A stretch of 50,296 bases of DNA from a bacterium (GTDB lineage Bacteria; UBP6; UBA1177; JAKLFG01): NCBI GenBank assembly GCA_029573155.1, contig JAKQHE010000164.1, forward strand, positions 1 to 50,296. The letters run 5' to 3'. Position numbers and translations under genes: made by a program. Below, piece after piece: positions 1 through 7,854 of the stretch (position 1 is its first letter; each line of letters opens with the position of its first letter). The notes under the pieces are model-generated. The model searched no databases. It worked only from the letters and a program-made list of their open reading frames with translations, and had not been told where the DNA came from.

Positions 1-176
1 GCGCGAACGCCGGCGCGCTCGCCCTCATCATCTACAACAATGTGGCCGACAATAACTGGGGGATACAAGCCGACGGGCCCATACCGGTAGCGGGCATCTC
101 GCAGGCGTCGGGCGACGAGATCATCACCTTCACCGGCGAACACCCCGAGGACATCGCGGTCGCGATCAGACCGTAA
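1..176 (+). CDS. 3' end of a PA (protease-associated)-domain-like secreted peptidase gene; partial, 5' end lies outside the window
   Basis: Frame 3 is open from the window edge to TAA at 174-176. It translates to ANAGALALIIYNNVADNNWGIQADGPIPVAGISQASGDEIITFTGEHPEDIAVAIRP. The AGA-x-(I/V)IYNN ... IPV-x-GIS pattern is typical of PA domains. It is absent from the ORF track because no start codon lies in the window. Confidence 0.45.
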   Translation, partial: ANAGALALIIYNNVADNNWGIQADGPIPVAGISQASGDEIITFTGEHPEDIAVAIRP

Positions 177-179
177 GGG

Positions 180-692
180 TCACAGCCCCGAAACGATCTT
201 CCATTTGTCGCCTTCCTTTTTGAGGAGCATCTGGTTGACCTCGGTCTCCTTCAGCCACTTCTGCGTATCGGAGTTTATCGAAGAGCCCTCTTCGGGCGGC
301 GCCAGACGGTCGGTCTTGATGCGCACCTCGTAGTAGTAGAGTATCTTCGCCGTCTGCTCGTCGGGCGACACGCTCATGTCCTTGACGATGAAAAAGGTGC
401 TCACCGCGCGGATGTTCCGGTAGGCGTCTGAATTGACGAATTTCTTGACCCCCTCGTAATCCACATCGTCGGTCGCCTCGTCGGTGCCGTTGGCATCGAG
501 GTAGTGTTCGGAAACGAGCGCGAGCAGTTTGTCGGCGTTCTGCGCCTTGACCGCCTCGACATACTCGAAGAACACCTGTATCACCGCCCGGTTCTGCGGG
601 GTATCGGGGATGTCGGTCCCTTGAATGTTCGCGGTGGCACAGGAAACGAGCAGGCTTCCGCTCGCCAGCAGACACAACAGGGTCGCTTTCAT
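180..692 (-). CDS. NTF2/SnoaL-like lipoprotein, last gene of the gsp operon
   Basis: 170-aa ORF with signal peptide plus lipobox (LLASGSLLVS-C). The mature part resembles NTF2-like/DUF4440 proteins (VIQVFFEYVEAVKAQNADKLLALVSEHY...). The ATG at 692-690 overlaps the gspN stop (ATGA, 689-692). A GGAGGA Shine-Dalgarno lies 6 nt upstream. Confidence 0.8.
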   Translation of the reverse strand: MKATLLCLLASGSLLVSCATANIQGTDIPDTPQNRAVIQVFFEYVEAVKAQNADKLLALVSEHYLDANGTDEATDDVDYEGVKKFVNSDAYRNIRAVSTFFIVKDMSVSPDEQTAKILYYYEVRIKTDRLAPPEEGSSINSDTQKWLKETEVNQMLLKKEGDKWKIVSGL

Positions 693-1864
693 GGTTTTTC
701 CTCCATATCAGGTTTTTCTTCTTTTTCCGGTTCTTTCTTTTCCGGCTCTTTGTTCTCCGGCTCTTTGTTCTCCGGCTCCGGTCCTTTTTTCTCCTCTTCC
801 GGCGGCGGCTCTTTCTTTTCCTCCGTCCGTTCCTTCATCCGGTCCCGTTCTCTTTCCTTTCCTTTCTTGACCGTGCTCTCCCCGGCGAAATCGGGCCGGG
901 ACGGTTTGGCGATACGCGGGGTCTTCGAACGGCTTCCCTGCCGGACGCTCGGACTCGAAAGCGGCCCGGTCATCTTGACCGCATATCCGCCCCCGGTCCC
1001 GAAACGGGACAGGGCCAATTCGATGATCGGCAGGCTTTTCAGGAACCCCTCCTTCTTCTCGGTCAGGGTCGCGTTGAGGTCCAACCGCGAGTTCTTGTAG
1101 TTCGACGGGTTCATCGTCACCTTACCGGTCACCTCTATCTCCACCGCGCCATCGCTCTGCATCTTGCGGATATCCAACTTGTTGTCCTTGATGCTCGCGT
1201 CGATATCGATGGCACCCAGTTCTATGTCTTTTTCAAGTTCCAGCCCGTAGACCTTCCCGCCGAGCAGCGCCTCCCGCATCGCGAGCAACAACTCGCCCGA
1301 CATCTTTTTCCCCTTGCAGAGATCGACCTGCCCGTTCATGATGCCGCCCATGCGGACATCGGGCCACAGCAGACGCACTATCGAGAGCGACACCTCCTCG
1401 GCCTCCAGCCGGTAACAGGCCTCTTCGCCGGTACCGAAGGCTACCGTCAATTCACCGCCCTTGCCGTCGATGTCCTCTATCGTCACGGTCGCCGACGGCG
1501 TATCGGTCAACAACGAGAAGAGATCGGGGGACACGGTAAGCCGGTCGAAGGTCATGAGCGTTTCGCCGCTCGCTCCAACCACCGAACCGCCTTTCAGGGT
1601 GGCGGCGATGAAGACTGAATAGCCGACATCCTCCGCCTCTATCTTCAGGTCAAACCCCGATGCCGCCTGATCGATCCTGCCGAGCACCAGGTCCTTAGGG
1701 AGGATCAGCGCGAGCGCAAGATACCAGCCGATCATCGAAGCGACACCGATGAACAGCGCGCCCCGAGCAGCCGCGGCGAGCCGACCACCGCTGAACAACC
1801 GGTCCCCGACCGTTCGCAACAGGGGCCACAGGTCCCGCAGGATCGATAGTATCCGTTCCTTCAT
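689..1864 (-). CDS. gspN: Type II secretion system protein GspN-like (N-terminal TM segment, periplasmic beta-rich body, KEPE-repeat tail)
   Basis: 391-aa ORF in the last canonical position after gspM, with an ATGA overlap to gspM at 1861-1864. It has one N-terminal hydrophobic segment (ALFIGVASMIGWYLALALIL). Size and position fit GspN of GspN-containing T2SS clusters. The family call rests on synteny and architecture, not on a recognised motif. Confidence 0.6.
   Translation of the reverse strand: MKERILSILRDLWPLLRTVGDRLFSGGRLAAAARGALFIGVASMIGWYLALALILPKDLVLGRIDQAASGFDLKIEAEDVGYSVFIAATLKGGSVVGASGETLMTFDRLTVSPDLFSLLTDTPSATVTIEDIDGKGGELTVAFGTGEEACYRLEAEEVSLSIVRLLWPDVRMGGIMNGQVDLCKGKKMSGELLLAMREALLGGKVYGLELEKDIELGAIDIDASIKDNKLDIRKMQSDGAVEIEVTGKVTMNPSNYKNSRLDLNATLTEKKEGFLKSLPIIELALSRFGTGGGYAVKMTGPLSSPSVRQGSRSKTPRIAKPSRPDFAGESTVKKGKERERDRMKERTEEKKEPPPEEEKKGPEPENKEPENKEPEKKEPEKEEKPDMEEKP
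726..785 (-). repeat. Four tandem 15-bp units (tccggctctttgttc and variants), in frame, encoding the (KEPEx)n tail of GspN
   Basis: Direct reading gives 726-740 tccggttctttcttt, 741-755 tccggctctttgttc, 756-770 tccggctctttgttc and 771-785 tccggctccggtcct. The protein reads PEPENKEPENKEPEKKEPEKEEKP. Confidence 0.85.
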
Positions 1865-2400
1865 TTTTCAGCGGCCTCCTTCAGCGTCGCGACGATCATG
1901 GTCACTTCGTAGTTCTTGCCGTCGAATCTTTTCTTGATGGATATCGATGGGAGGAACACGAACCGCGCCTTATTCTCAAGCGCATAAAGGAAACTCATCA
2001 ACGCATCCATGTCGATGCTACGGATACCTACTTCGATCATCTCCTTCTGGAACTCGCCTTTTTTCTCCGCCTTGAGTTCCTTGATGGTAGATATTTCCAC
2101 GCCGTAGGTCTCGCGAACACCGTTGAGATAACTGTTGAGATTGGTCTCGTTGTTCTGTATCGCCAGCAGGGTCGCCGCCTCGCGATCCTTCGCGCGCCGG
2201 AAGGCCTCCCGGTGCACGGTCACCTTCTCCATGAGCGACCGTCGTTCCGCTATCTCCTCGCGACGCGTATCGACGGCGTCATCGAAGAAAAGGAACGTGG
2301 CGGCGACCGCAAAGAGGATAAGCGCGGTACCGAAGACGACCAGTATGTTCTTTTCCCGCGAACTGAGCGTGGCGAAAGATGCGATCAGCCGTTCTTTCAT
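1861..2400 (-). CDS. gspM: Type II secretion system protein GspM-like (bitopic inner-membrane protein)
   Basis: The ATG at 2400-2398 follows GGGAGGAAG and overlaps the gspL stop (ATGA). I prefer this start to the GTG at 2415 in the ORF track. The 179-aa product has one TM segment (ILVVFGTALILFAVAATFLFF). Position between gspL and gspN supports the call. Confidence 0.65.
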   Translation of the reverse strand: MKERLIASFATLSSREKNILVVFGTALILFAVAATFLFFDDAVDTRREEIAERRSLMEKVTVHREAFRRAKDREAATLLAIQNNETNLNSYLNGVRETYGVEISTIKELKAEKKGEFQKEMIEVGIRSIDMDALMSFLYALENKARFVFLPSISIKKRFDGKNYEVTMIVATLKEAAEK

Positions 2401-4010
2401 AATTCTTCCTCCCACGGCACCGTTTCCTTCCCGGCCGGTTCAGGCCCGCGGGCCGGTGAACGGGACGGTTCCGCCCGCTCCGCCGGCGGCGGCACGTTCT
2501 TCGGCGCATCACCATCCGCTTGTTCTGTCGGGCTTACTTTTTCCTTTTCCTTTTCCTTTCCCTTGTCCTTCTCTTTCTTTGCGTGTTCTTTAGCCGACCG
2601 CTTCTGGAAGGTGAAGCCGATGTTGAACGAATTTTTCCCTCCGCGACTGGTGATCTGCCCCTTGTTCAATTCGGTCGCGTACTCCATCTTTTCCAATTGC
2701 TCCAGCAGGGTGTTGATATGGTCGAGCGATTCCGCTTCGCCGGTCAATTTGACCTTGCCATCCTTTATCGAGAGATCCCTCAGTTCTATGGTGCTTCCAT
2801 CGAATGAGGCGAGAGGGAACACCTGTTCCATGATGAACAGCGAGGAATAGGGATACAGGCGCTTGTCGCCTTTCGCGTCCTTCCCGTCCTTCCCGTCCTT
2901 GCCGCCACCTCCTATCGTCTTCTGCATGACCGAAAGCGCCTGCCGGAGCGAGGGGTATTCCTTTCCCAGTATCTCCTTGGTCACGGTCCGCGCCTGTTCG
3001 TCCAGCGCGTCAAGGGCCCGGTCGAGATACCAAAGGCGCAGTTCGAACGCCGTTATCATGAGCACGAATGCCAGCGCAAAAAGCGCGGCGGCGAGCAGGA
3101 GTCGTTTTTTGAGGAAGTTGAACCCGCCGCGATAGACGAACTCGCCACGCGAGAAACTGGGGCTCTCGCCCTGTTCGGCGCGCAGGAATATCCGCGCCAA
3201 GGCATCCTCGGCGGAGATCACCATCGCGTCGGGGATCACAGAGGCGATCAGTTTCTCGGCGTTGCCCGGCAGGCGGTCGGCAAAGCAGACGACCGTACGC
3301 CGGTCGCGCCGCATGAATCTGCCGAGATCGGCCACCATCTCCTGAAAGAACTGTTCCGTCGCCTTGCGCATGAGCAGTTCGTCCTCGGAAAGCGCTGGAC
3401 CGTCCGACAGATCCATCGAGGCGGCGAGCGTCTGCAACACCTCCTCTTCCGTTTTGGCGCCGCCGAGCGACGAGCGCATCATCGCTACGAGTCGCGAAAG
3501 ACCCGTGGTGCGCACGACCTGCCCCCGTTCGCCGAACAGAACGATTTGATCGTCATCGATGAACAGCCACTGCATACCCGCCCCTTCGCCGATCACCAGC
3601 GCCGTTTCGGGAATAAGACTCCGCACCCGGTCCCGGAGGGGCGCGCCGCTCCGGTCGATGATGGCGTGCAGATCCTTTTTCTGCGCCACGAAGACCGGCA
3701 CGATGCCGTCGGAGCGAAGCGGCGCAAGGTCGAACACCACCTCGCTTTCCTTGAACGGGGTGGTCGCTTCGATATCCTGCGCGACGATCCTCTCGAGCGC
3801 CGGACGGGGAACCGTCGGGTAGGCGCTGGCAAGGTAAAGCGTCGCGGCGGCGGGCACCACGATGTCAATATGGTCGTACTGCGCAAGTGCCGCCGGCGCC
3901 TCTTCGAAAGAGCATACTGTAAAGCGTTGCGCGGCCAACCTGTTGTATTCCCTTTCGAATTCGAGCATGACCACCCGGTCCTGCTGTATCCTGCACACGG
4001 CGCATTTCAT
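2397..4010 (-). CDS. gspL: Type II secretion system protein GspL-like (cytoplasmic actin-like domain, TM, periplasmic domain, Lys/Glu/Pro-rich tail)
   Basis: 537-aa ORF with a GGAGAG SD before the ATG at 4010. It has an internal TM segment (LLLAAALFALAFVLMITAF), a GGGGKDGKDGKDAKGDK tract and a KKEKDKGKEKEKEK tail. Position after gspK supports the call. Confidence 0.65.
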   Translation of the reverse strand: MKCAVCRIQQDRVVMLEFEREYNRLAAQRFTVCSFEEAPAALAQYDHIDIVVPAAATLYLASAYPTVPRPALERIVAQDIEATTPFKESEVVFDLAPLRSDGIVPVFVAQKKDLHAIIDRSGAPLRDRVRSLIPETALVIGEGAGMQWLFIDDDQIVLFGERGQVVRTTGLSRLVAMMRSSLGGAKTEEEVLQTLAASMDLSDGPALSEDELLMRKATEQFFQEMVADLGRFMRRDRRTVVCFADRLPGNAEKLIASVIPDAMVISAEDALARIFLRAEQGESPSFSRGEFVYRGGFNFLKKRLLLAAALFALAFVLMITAFELRLWYLDRALDALDEQARTVTKEILGKEYPSLRQALSVMQKTIGGGGKDGKDGKDAKGDKRLYPYSSLFIMEQVFPLASFDGSTIELRDLSIKDGKVKLTGEAESLDHINTLLEQLEKMEYATELNKGQITSRGGKNSFNIGFTFQKRSAKEHAKKEKDKGKEKEKEKVSPTEQADGDAPKNVPPPAERAEPSRSPARGPEPAGKETVPWEEEL

Positions 4011-4022
4011 AGCGTCTCTCCG

Positions 4023-5210
4023 TTATCCTTCTCGATAGAAGTATATGTTGAAGTTCTTGTCGCTCACCACCTCGATGTATGATTCGATGCCGTCGCGGAT
4101 GCCACGCACCCGGATACGGTAGAAACTGCCTTCGGCGCTCAACTGGCTTGCGACCGCGGGCTCCAGCTCGACCCCCTCCTCGCGGACCGCAGTGATAAAA
4201 TCATCCACTTTGTAGAATCCGTCACGGGCCCGACGCGCCAGCACCTTGCCCATGAATTCCCGCATGATATCCTCGTTGTAGAACATCGACTGGTTCTTGT
4301 CTTTCGCGTAACTTCGGATGATCGATTCCAGAATGATGGGGTGCGCCTTGTTGACATTGATGCGTCCGCTCGAATAGATCGTAACGAACGGTGCGAGGAG
4401 ACGGAACGCCACCTCGTCCACGCCGTACACCATCCGCAGTTCGTCGACGGTATCGAAGCGGGCGTTCTTCACCTCGTAGCGCGGCGAGAACTCCTCGTAC
4501 ATCGACCGCTCGTCGCCGCCGATCAGGTAGCGCTCGTCATCGCCATCCACCCAGTCGGCGATGTTCGCAATGAGCTCCTCGCGGGTGACGAACTCACGAC
4601 GTGAGGTGTTCTCGAGGAACAGGAAATCGTACACCTGTGGCTCAACAAGCCCCCAGAGCATGCGGGCGACCGTCTCCTTGGCGGCGCTGTCAAGCAGATT
4701 GATGTTTATCTTGGTGTCTTCGTTCTCGAATTCAAGTTTGAAATCGCCGGGAAAATCGAACAGCGGGTCACTCTCGTCGACCACGGGGGCAACCGTCCCC
4801 TCCTCCTTCCCGGTCACCGCCGTTCCCTCTTCCGCACTCAATATCGAATCGGTGTCGGCAAAGGTGTCGGCACCGCTGAAGGCCCGCAGGATGCTGGTGT
4901 CGAACGGCACGATGTCCCAGATCTCGAAACTCTGCAGGCCGAGTTCCTTGAGCCCGGAGGACTTCAGCAGGCCTTCTATTTGTTTCTGCAGGTCGAACAC
5001 TATGGCGGCGAAGGTGAGCCCCGATTGCGCGAGCACCTGCGATTCGGCCTTTTTCTTGTAGTTCATCGCGAGGTCGAACTCGGTGCGCGCCTCGTAGTTC
5101 ATGTCGGTGACGATCGGCAGCATCACGGCGGTCATCACGACGACCAGCAGGAGCGCCACCCCGCGGGGCCGACGGAACAGATCAACGATGTTTCTCCCGC
5201 ACTGTCGCAT
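4023..5210 (-). CDS. gspK: Type II secretion system minor pseudopilin GspK
   Basis: 395-aa ORF. The N-terminal hydrophobic helix lacks Glu+5 (GVALLLVVVMTAVMLPIV). A GspK-like ...EDTKININLLD... motif and a large globular insertion are present. It follows gspJ. Confidence 0.75.
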   Translation of the reverse strand: MRQCGRNIVDLFRRPRGVALLLVVVMTAVMLPIVTDMNYEARTEFDLAMNYKKKAESQVLAQSGLTFAAIVFDLQKQIEGLLKSSGLKELGLQSFEIWDIVPFDTSILRAFSGADTFADTDSILSAEEGTAVTGKEEGTVAPVVDESDPLFDFPGDFKLEFENEDTKININLLDSAAKETVARMLWGLVEPQVYDFLFLENTSRREFVTREELIANIADWVDGDDERYLIGGDERSMYEEFSPRYEVKNARFDTVDELRMVYGVDEVAFRLLAPFVTIYSSGRINVNKAHPIILESIIRSYAKDKNQSMFYNEDIMREFMGKVLARRARDGFYKVDDFITAVREEGVELEPAVASQLSAEGSFYRIRVRGIRDGIESYIEVVSDKNFNIYFYREG

Positions 5211-5213
5211 GTT

Positions 5214-5867
5214 TTAGAAAGTAAATGGTTTCTGCATCTTTATCGACACCACTGACTCGACGAGGAACTCCGGCCTGTCGCCGTCGGCGTCACGGACCTG
5301 CGCCGTTATCTTCACCTTGGGCGGTAGCGTATCGGCACGGTCGGTCCCCTCGCTGTTCCACGAGGAAAGCCAGGTGCGGTCCTCGGCGTCCCAGAACTCT
5401 ATGGCGATCGACCGGAAATCGCTCAATATGGGAAAGGCGTTGCCGCCCTTCTCGGGGAAACCGTCCACCCACGCACTCTCGCGACGCATGAGCGTCGGCA
5501 CGCCGTCCACCGTCTCGCCGTAATATTCTATCTCGGTCTGGTCGCTCTCCTTGCCGCCCGCCCGCATCTTGACATGGTTGAGCGACGCAAAGGTCAGGTG
5601 AGTGACCGGGCTGTCCTCTTCGCCTTCGAAGATGGTGATGTGCGTCTCCTCGGGCGTGCCGCGGTTGCGCGTCAGGTAGGCGTTCTGTATGTCGCGGCGC
5701 ATGAGATCTATCGCGAAGTAGACGCGACGAAGCGACTCGGCGCGTTCACGGATACGGGTCCGGCCCTCAATGAGGTTGGCAAAAGAAAAATAGACCGACG
5801 ACACGATGAGCGCGAGAATAGCGGTCGCGACCAGCACCTCTATGAGCGTGAAGCCCCGGCGTCTCAT
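5214..5867 (-). CDS. gspJ: Type II secretion system minor pseudopilin GspJ
   Basis: Prepilin N-terminal motif MRRRG/FTLIEVLVATAILALIV with Glu+5. I chose the start at the ATG overlapping the gspI stop (ATGA, 5864-5867), not the 33-codon upstream extension in the ORF track. Confidence 0.7.
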   Translation of the reverse strand: MRRRGFTLIEVLVATAILALIVSSVYFSFANLIEGRTRIRERAESLRRVYFAIDLMRRDIQNAYLTRNRGTPEETHITIFEGEEDSPVTHLTFASLNHVKMRAGGKESDQTEIEYYGETVDGVPTLMRRESAWVDGFPEKGGNAFPILSDFRSIAIEFWDAEDRTWLSSWNSEGTDRADTLPPKVKITAQVRDADGDRPEFLVESVVSIKMQKPFTF

Positions 5868-6559
5868 CTCGGTCCCCCCGCCGGCAACGGCGTCGTTCCC
5901 GGACGAAAGGCCGGGCCACGCGTCGCGGGGTTGAGCCCGCCCCCGCCCGTCGGACTGTTGAACCATTTCTGCTGGCCACCGCCGGGGCGCTGCTGCGCGC
6001 CCGGCACCGCCGCGCCGCCCTGCTGGAACTCCTTAGCACTCGTGTCGGCGGGAATGAACATGACGAAGGTCACCTTCTCCGATTCTTTCTTCCCCTCGCC
6101 CCAGAACACTTCGAGCGTCAGTTTCCGTATCTTCTCCTTGATGAAATCCTCTATCATCGACTTGGCGCCGCCCACCAGATCGGCCGCCTGCGCCTGCCCG
6201 CTCTCCACCCCCGACAGGTCCGATCCCGAAACATCGGGAAGCGGGATGTGGACCCGTTTTATGCTGTAGTGCCACTTGAACCCTTCGTATGCCTGTTCGT
6301 CGAAATCGCCTTCGTCCTCTTTATCGGCGGTCGGTATGCCGTCTTTTTTTATCTCCTCCTCTATCTCGTGCATCTTGAGACGCGCGAGCTCGGTGCCGAG
6401 GTAGATGTCGGCGACCCGTTCGGTGTAGTAGTAACTGTGCGAAACGATGCGCGCCATCGATATGAGCAGTCCCGCGAGTATCGCGATGGCAACGGTGACC
6501 TCCAGCAGGGAAAAACCGCTTTCTCCTCTGACAGGGATCATCGACAGCGCCACGGTCAT
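5864..6559 (-). CDS. gspI: Type II secretion system minor pseudopilin GspI-like, unusually long (231 aa) with a Gly/Pro/Gln-rich tail
   Basis: Prepilin motif GESG/FSLLEVTVAIAILAGLL. It overlaps gspH by 4 nt (6556-6559). The C-terminal ~60 aa read QQGGAAVPGAQQRPGGGQQKWFNSPTGGGGLNPATRGPAFRPGTTPLPAGGPR. Confidence 0.6.
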   Translation of the reverse strand: MTVALSMIPVRGESGFSLLEVTVAIAILAGLLISMARIVSHSYYYTERVADIYLGTELARLKMHEIEEEIKKDGIPTADKEDEGDFDEQAYEGFKWHYSIKRVHIPLPDVSGSDLSGVESGQAQAADLVGGAKSMIEDFIKEKIRKLTLEVFWGEGKKESEKVTFVMFIPADTSAKEFQQGGAAVPGAQQRPGGGQQKWFNSPTGGGGLNPATRGPAFRPGTTPLPAGGPR

Positions 6560-7365
6560 TTTCCTTCCTCGTCCATGTCTTCCTCTATGCTTTTTTGCAC
6601 GAGACCTTTGACCTCTTCGTCAAGTTCGCCTTTCCCTATCCTGATACCGAGGTACATATCGACCGCGATGTGGAGTAACGGCTCTCCCTCCTTCTCGCCT
6701 ATGGAAAGAAAGAACGGCGATATTCTCCCCTGCGGGAAGAAATACACATAGGCCATCGCCTTGCGCTCCTTCTCTTCCGCCTCTTCCGGCGTGAGCACCT
6801 CCGGGGTATGATAGGAGAAGAATTGTCTCCACTGAAGACCTGACGGCACCTTCCTGCGATCCGAGACCGGTTGATATTCCGGCTTAAGCAATTCGCGGAT
6901 GTTGCGCCGTTCGGGCACGAAATTCTCCCAGTGATACAGATCCTCGGTATCGTAAGTGGTATCGTCACCTTGAGCACCCAAGAGGTCGAACAGACTGCGG
7001 CTCGTCGCCGCGTCGCCCGCCTTCAGAGAACCGAACGATCGCTCGCTCTCGTCATATTCTTCAAGCAGGCGCTGGTTCTGTTTGTCGTAGGACTCCTGCT
7101 CCTGTCCCGTCATGAGGAAAAAGGGGGTCTCGGTCTTTTCCACCCAATAATCGCCGCTCTGCATGTCCACCACCAAGCGGAGATATTCGTTGCGGCGGAC
7201 CGCCTGTTGGAAAGTTCTCTTGACAAAGGCTTGGAATATGCCTAATTCTGACGCCGCCTCGGAACGGGATATGTTGGTGACCGCCGGTATCGATACGCCC
7301 ATAATGATGACCATGAAGGCCAGCACCGCGAGCATCTCTATCATCGTGAATCCGTACCGCATCAT
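6556..7365 (-). CDS. gspH: Type II secretion system minor pseudopilin GspH-like (269 aa)
   Basis: Prepilin motif MMRYG/FTMIEMLAVLAFMVIIMG with Glu+5. It is the first gene after gspG. The H assignment is by position only. Confidence 0.6.
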   Translation of the reverse strand: MMRYGFTMIEMLAVLAFMVIIMGVSIPAVTNISRSEAASELGIFQAFVKRTFQQAVRRNEYLRLVVDMQSGDYWVEKTETPFFLMTGQEQESYDKQNQRLLEEYDESERSFGSLKAGDAATSRSLFDLLGAQGDDTTYDTEDLYHWENFVPERRNIRELLKPEYQPVSDRRKVPSGLQWRQFFSYHTPEVLTPEEAEEKERKAMAYVYFFPQGRISPFFLSIGEKEGEPLLHIAVDMYLGIRIGKGELDEEVKGLVQKSIEEDMDEEGK

Positions 7366-7409
7366 GATTGTGGTCCCGCGATCCTTCCGTTCCTCATGCC
7401 TTCGAACCG

Positions 7410-7826
7410 CTACTCTTCTTCCCAGTTCGTGATGTCGTCCCCGCCTCCCTCACGTCCGTCCTTGCCGAACGAGTACAGATCGAATCCCTCGGAGTTGTTC
7501 GACCCGGGGTTGATGTACACATACTCGTTGGTCCACGGGTCCTTGGGGACCTTCTTTTCCTTGAGGATCTTCTCCTGCACGAGCGCATCGAGTCCGTCGG
7601 GATACTTGCCGAACTCACTTTTGTACAGGTCGAGCGCGTTCGAGATGGTCTTGATGTCCATCGCCGCCTGTTTGACCTTCGCCTTGTCGAGATAGTTCAT
7701 GAACCCGACCCCGACGGCCCCCATGATCATCGCCATGATAGCCATGACGACCATGATCTCCAGAAGCGAGAACCCCGCGCTGGCGGCGCGTGACCGGAAC
7801 AACGCCTTCATGATGTTGCGCAACAT
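7410..7826 (-). CDS. gspG: Type II secretion system major pseudopilin GspG
   Basis: Motif AG/FSLLEIMVVMAIMAMIMG followed by the GspG-typical ...AKVKQAAMDIKTISNALDLYKSEFGKYP...DPWTNEYVY...SFGKDG. The ATG at 7826 lies 6 nt after GAGGAGG. The GTG at 7841 in the ORF track overlaps that SD and is less likely. Confidence 0.9.
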   Translation of the reverse strand: MLRNIMKALFRSRAASAGFSLLEIMVVMAIMAMIMGAVGVGFMNYLDKAKVKQAAMDIKTISNALDLYKSEFGKYPDGLDALVQEKILKEKKVPKDPWTNEYVYINPGSNNSEGFDLYSFGKDGREGGGDDITNWEEE

Positions 7827-7854
7827 GTCTTTCCTCCTCACAGGTTATACCTCT

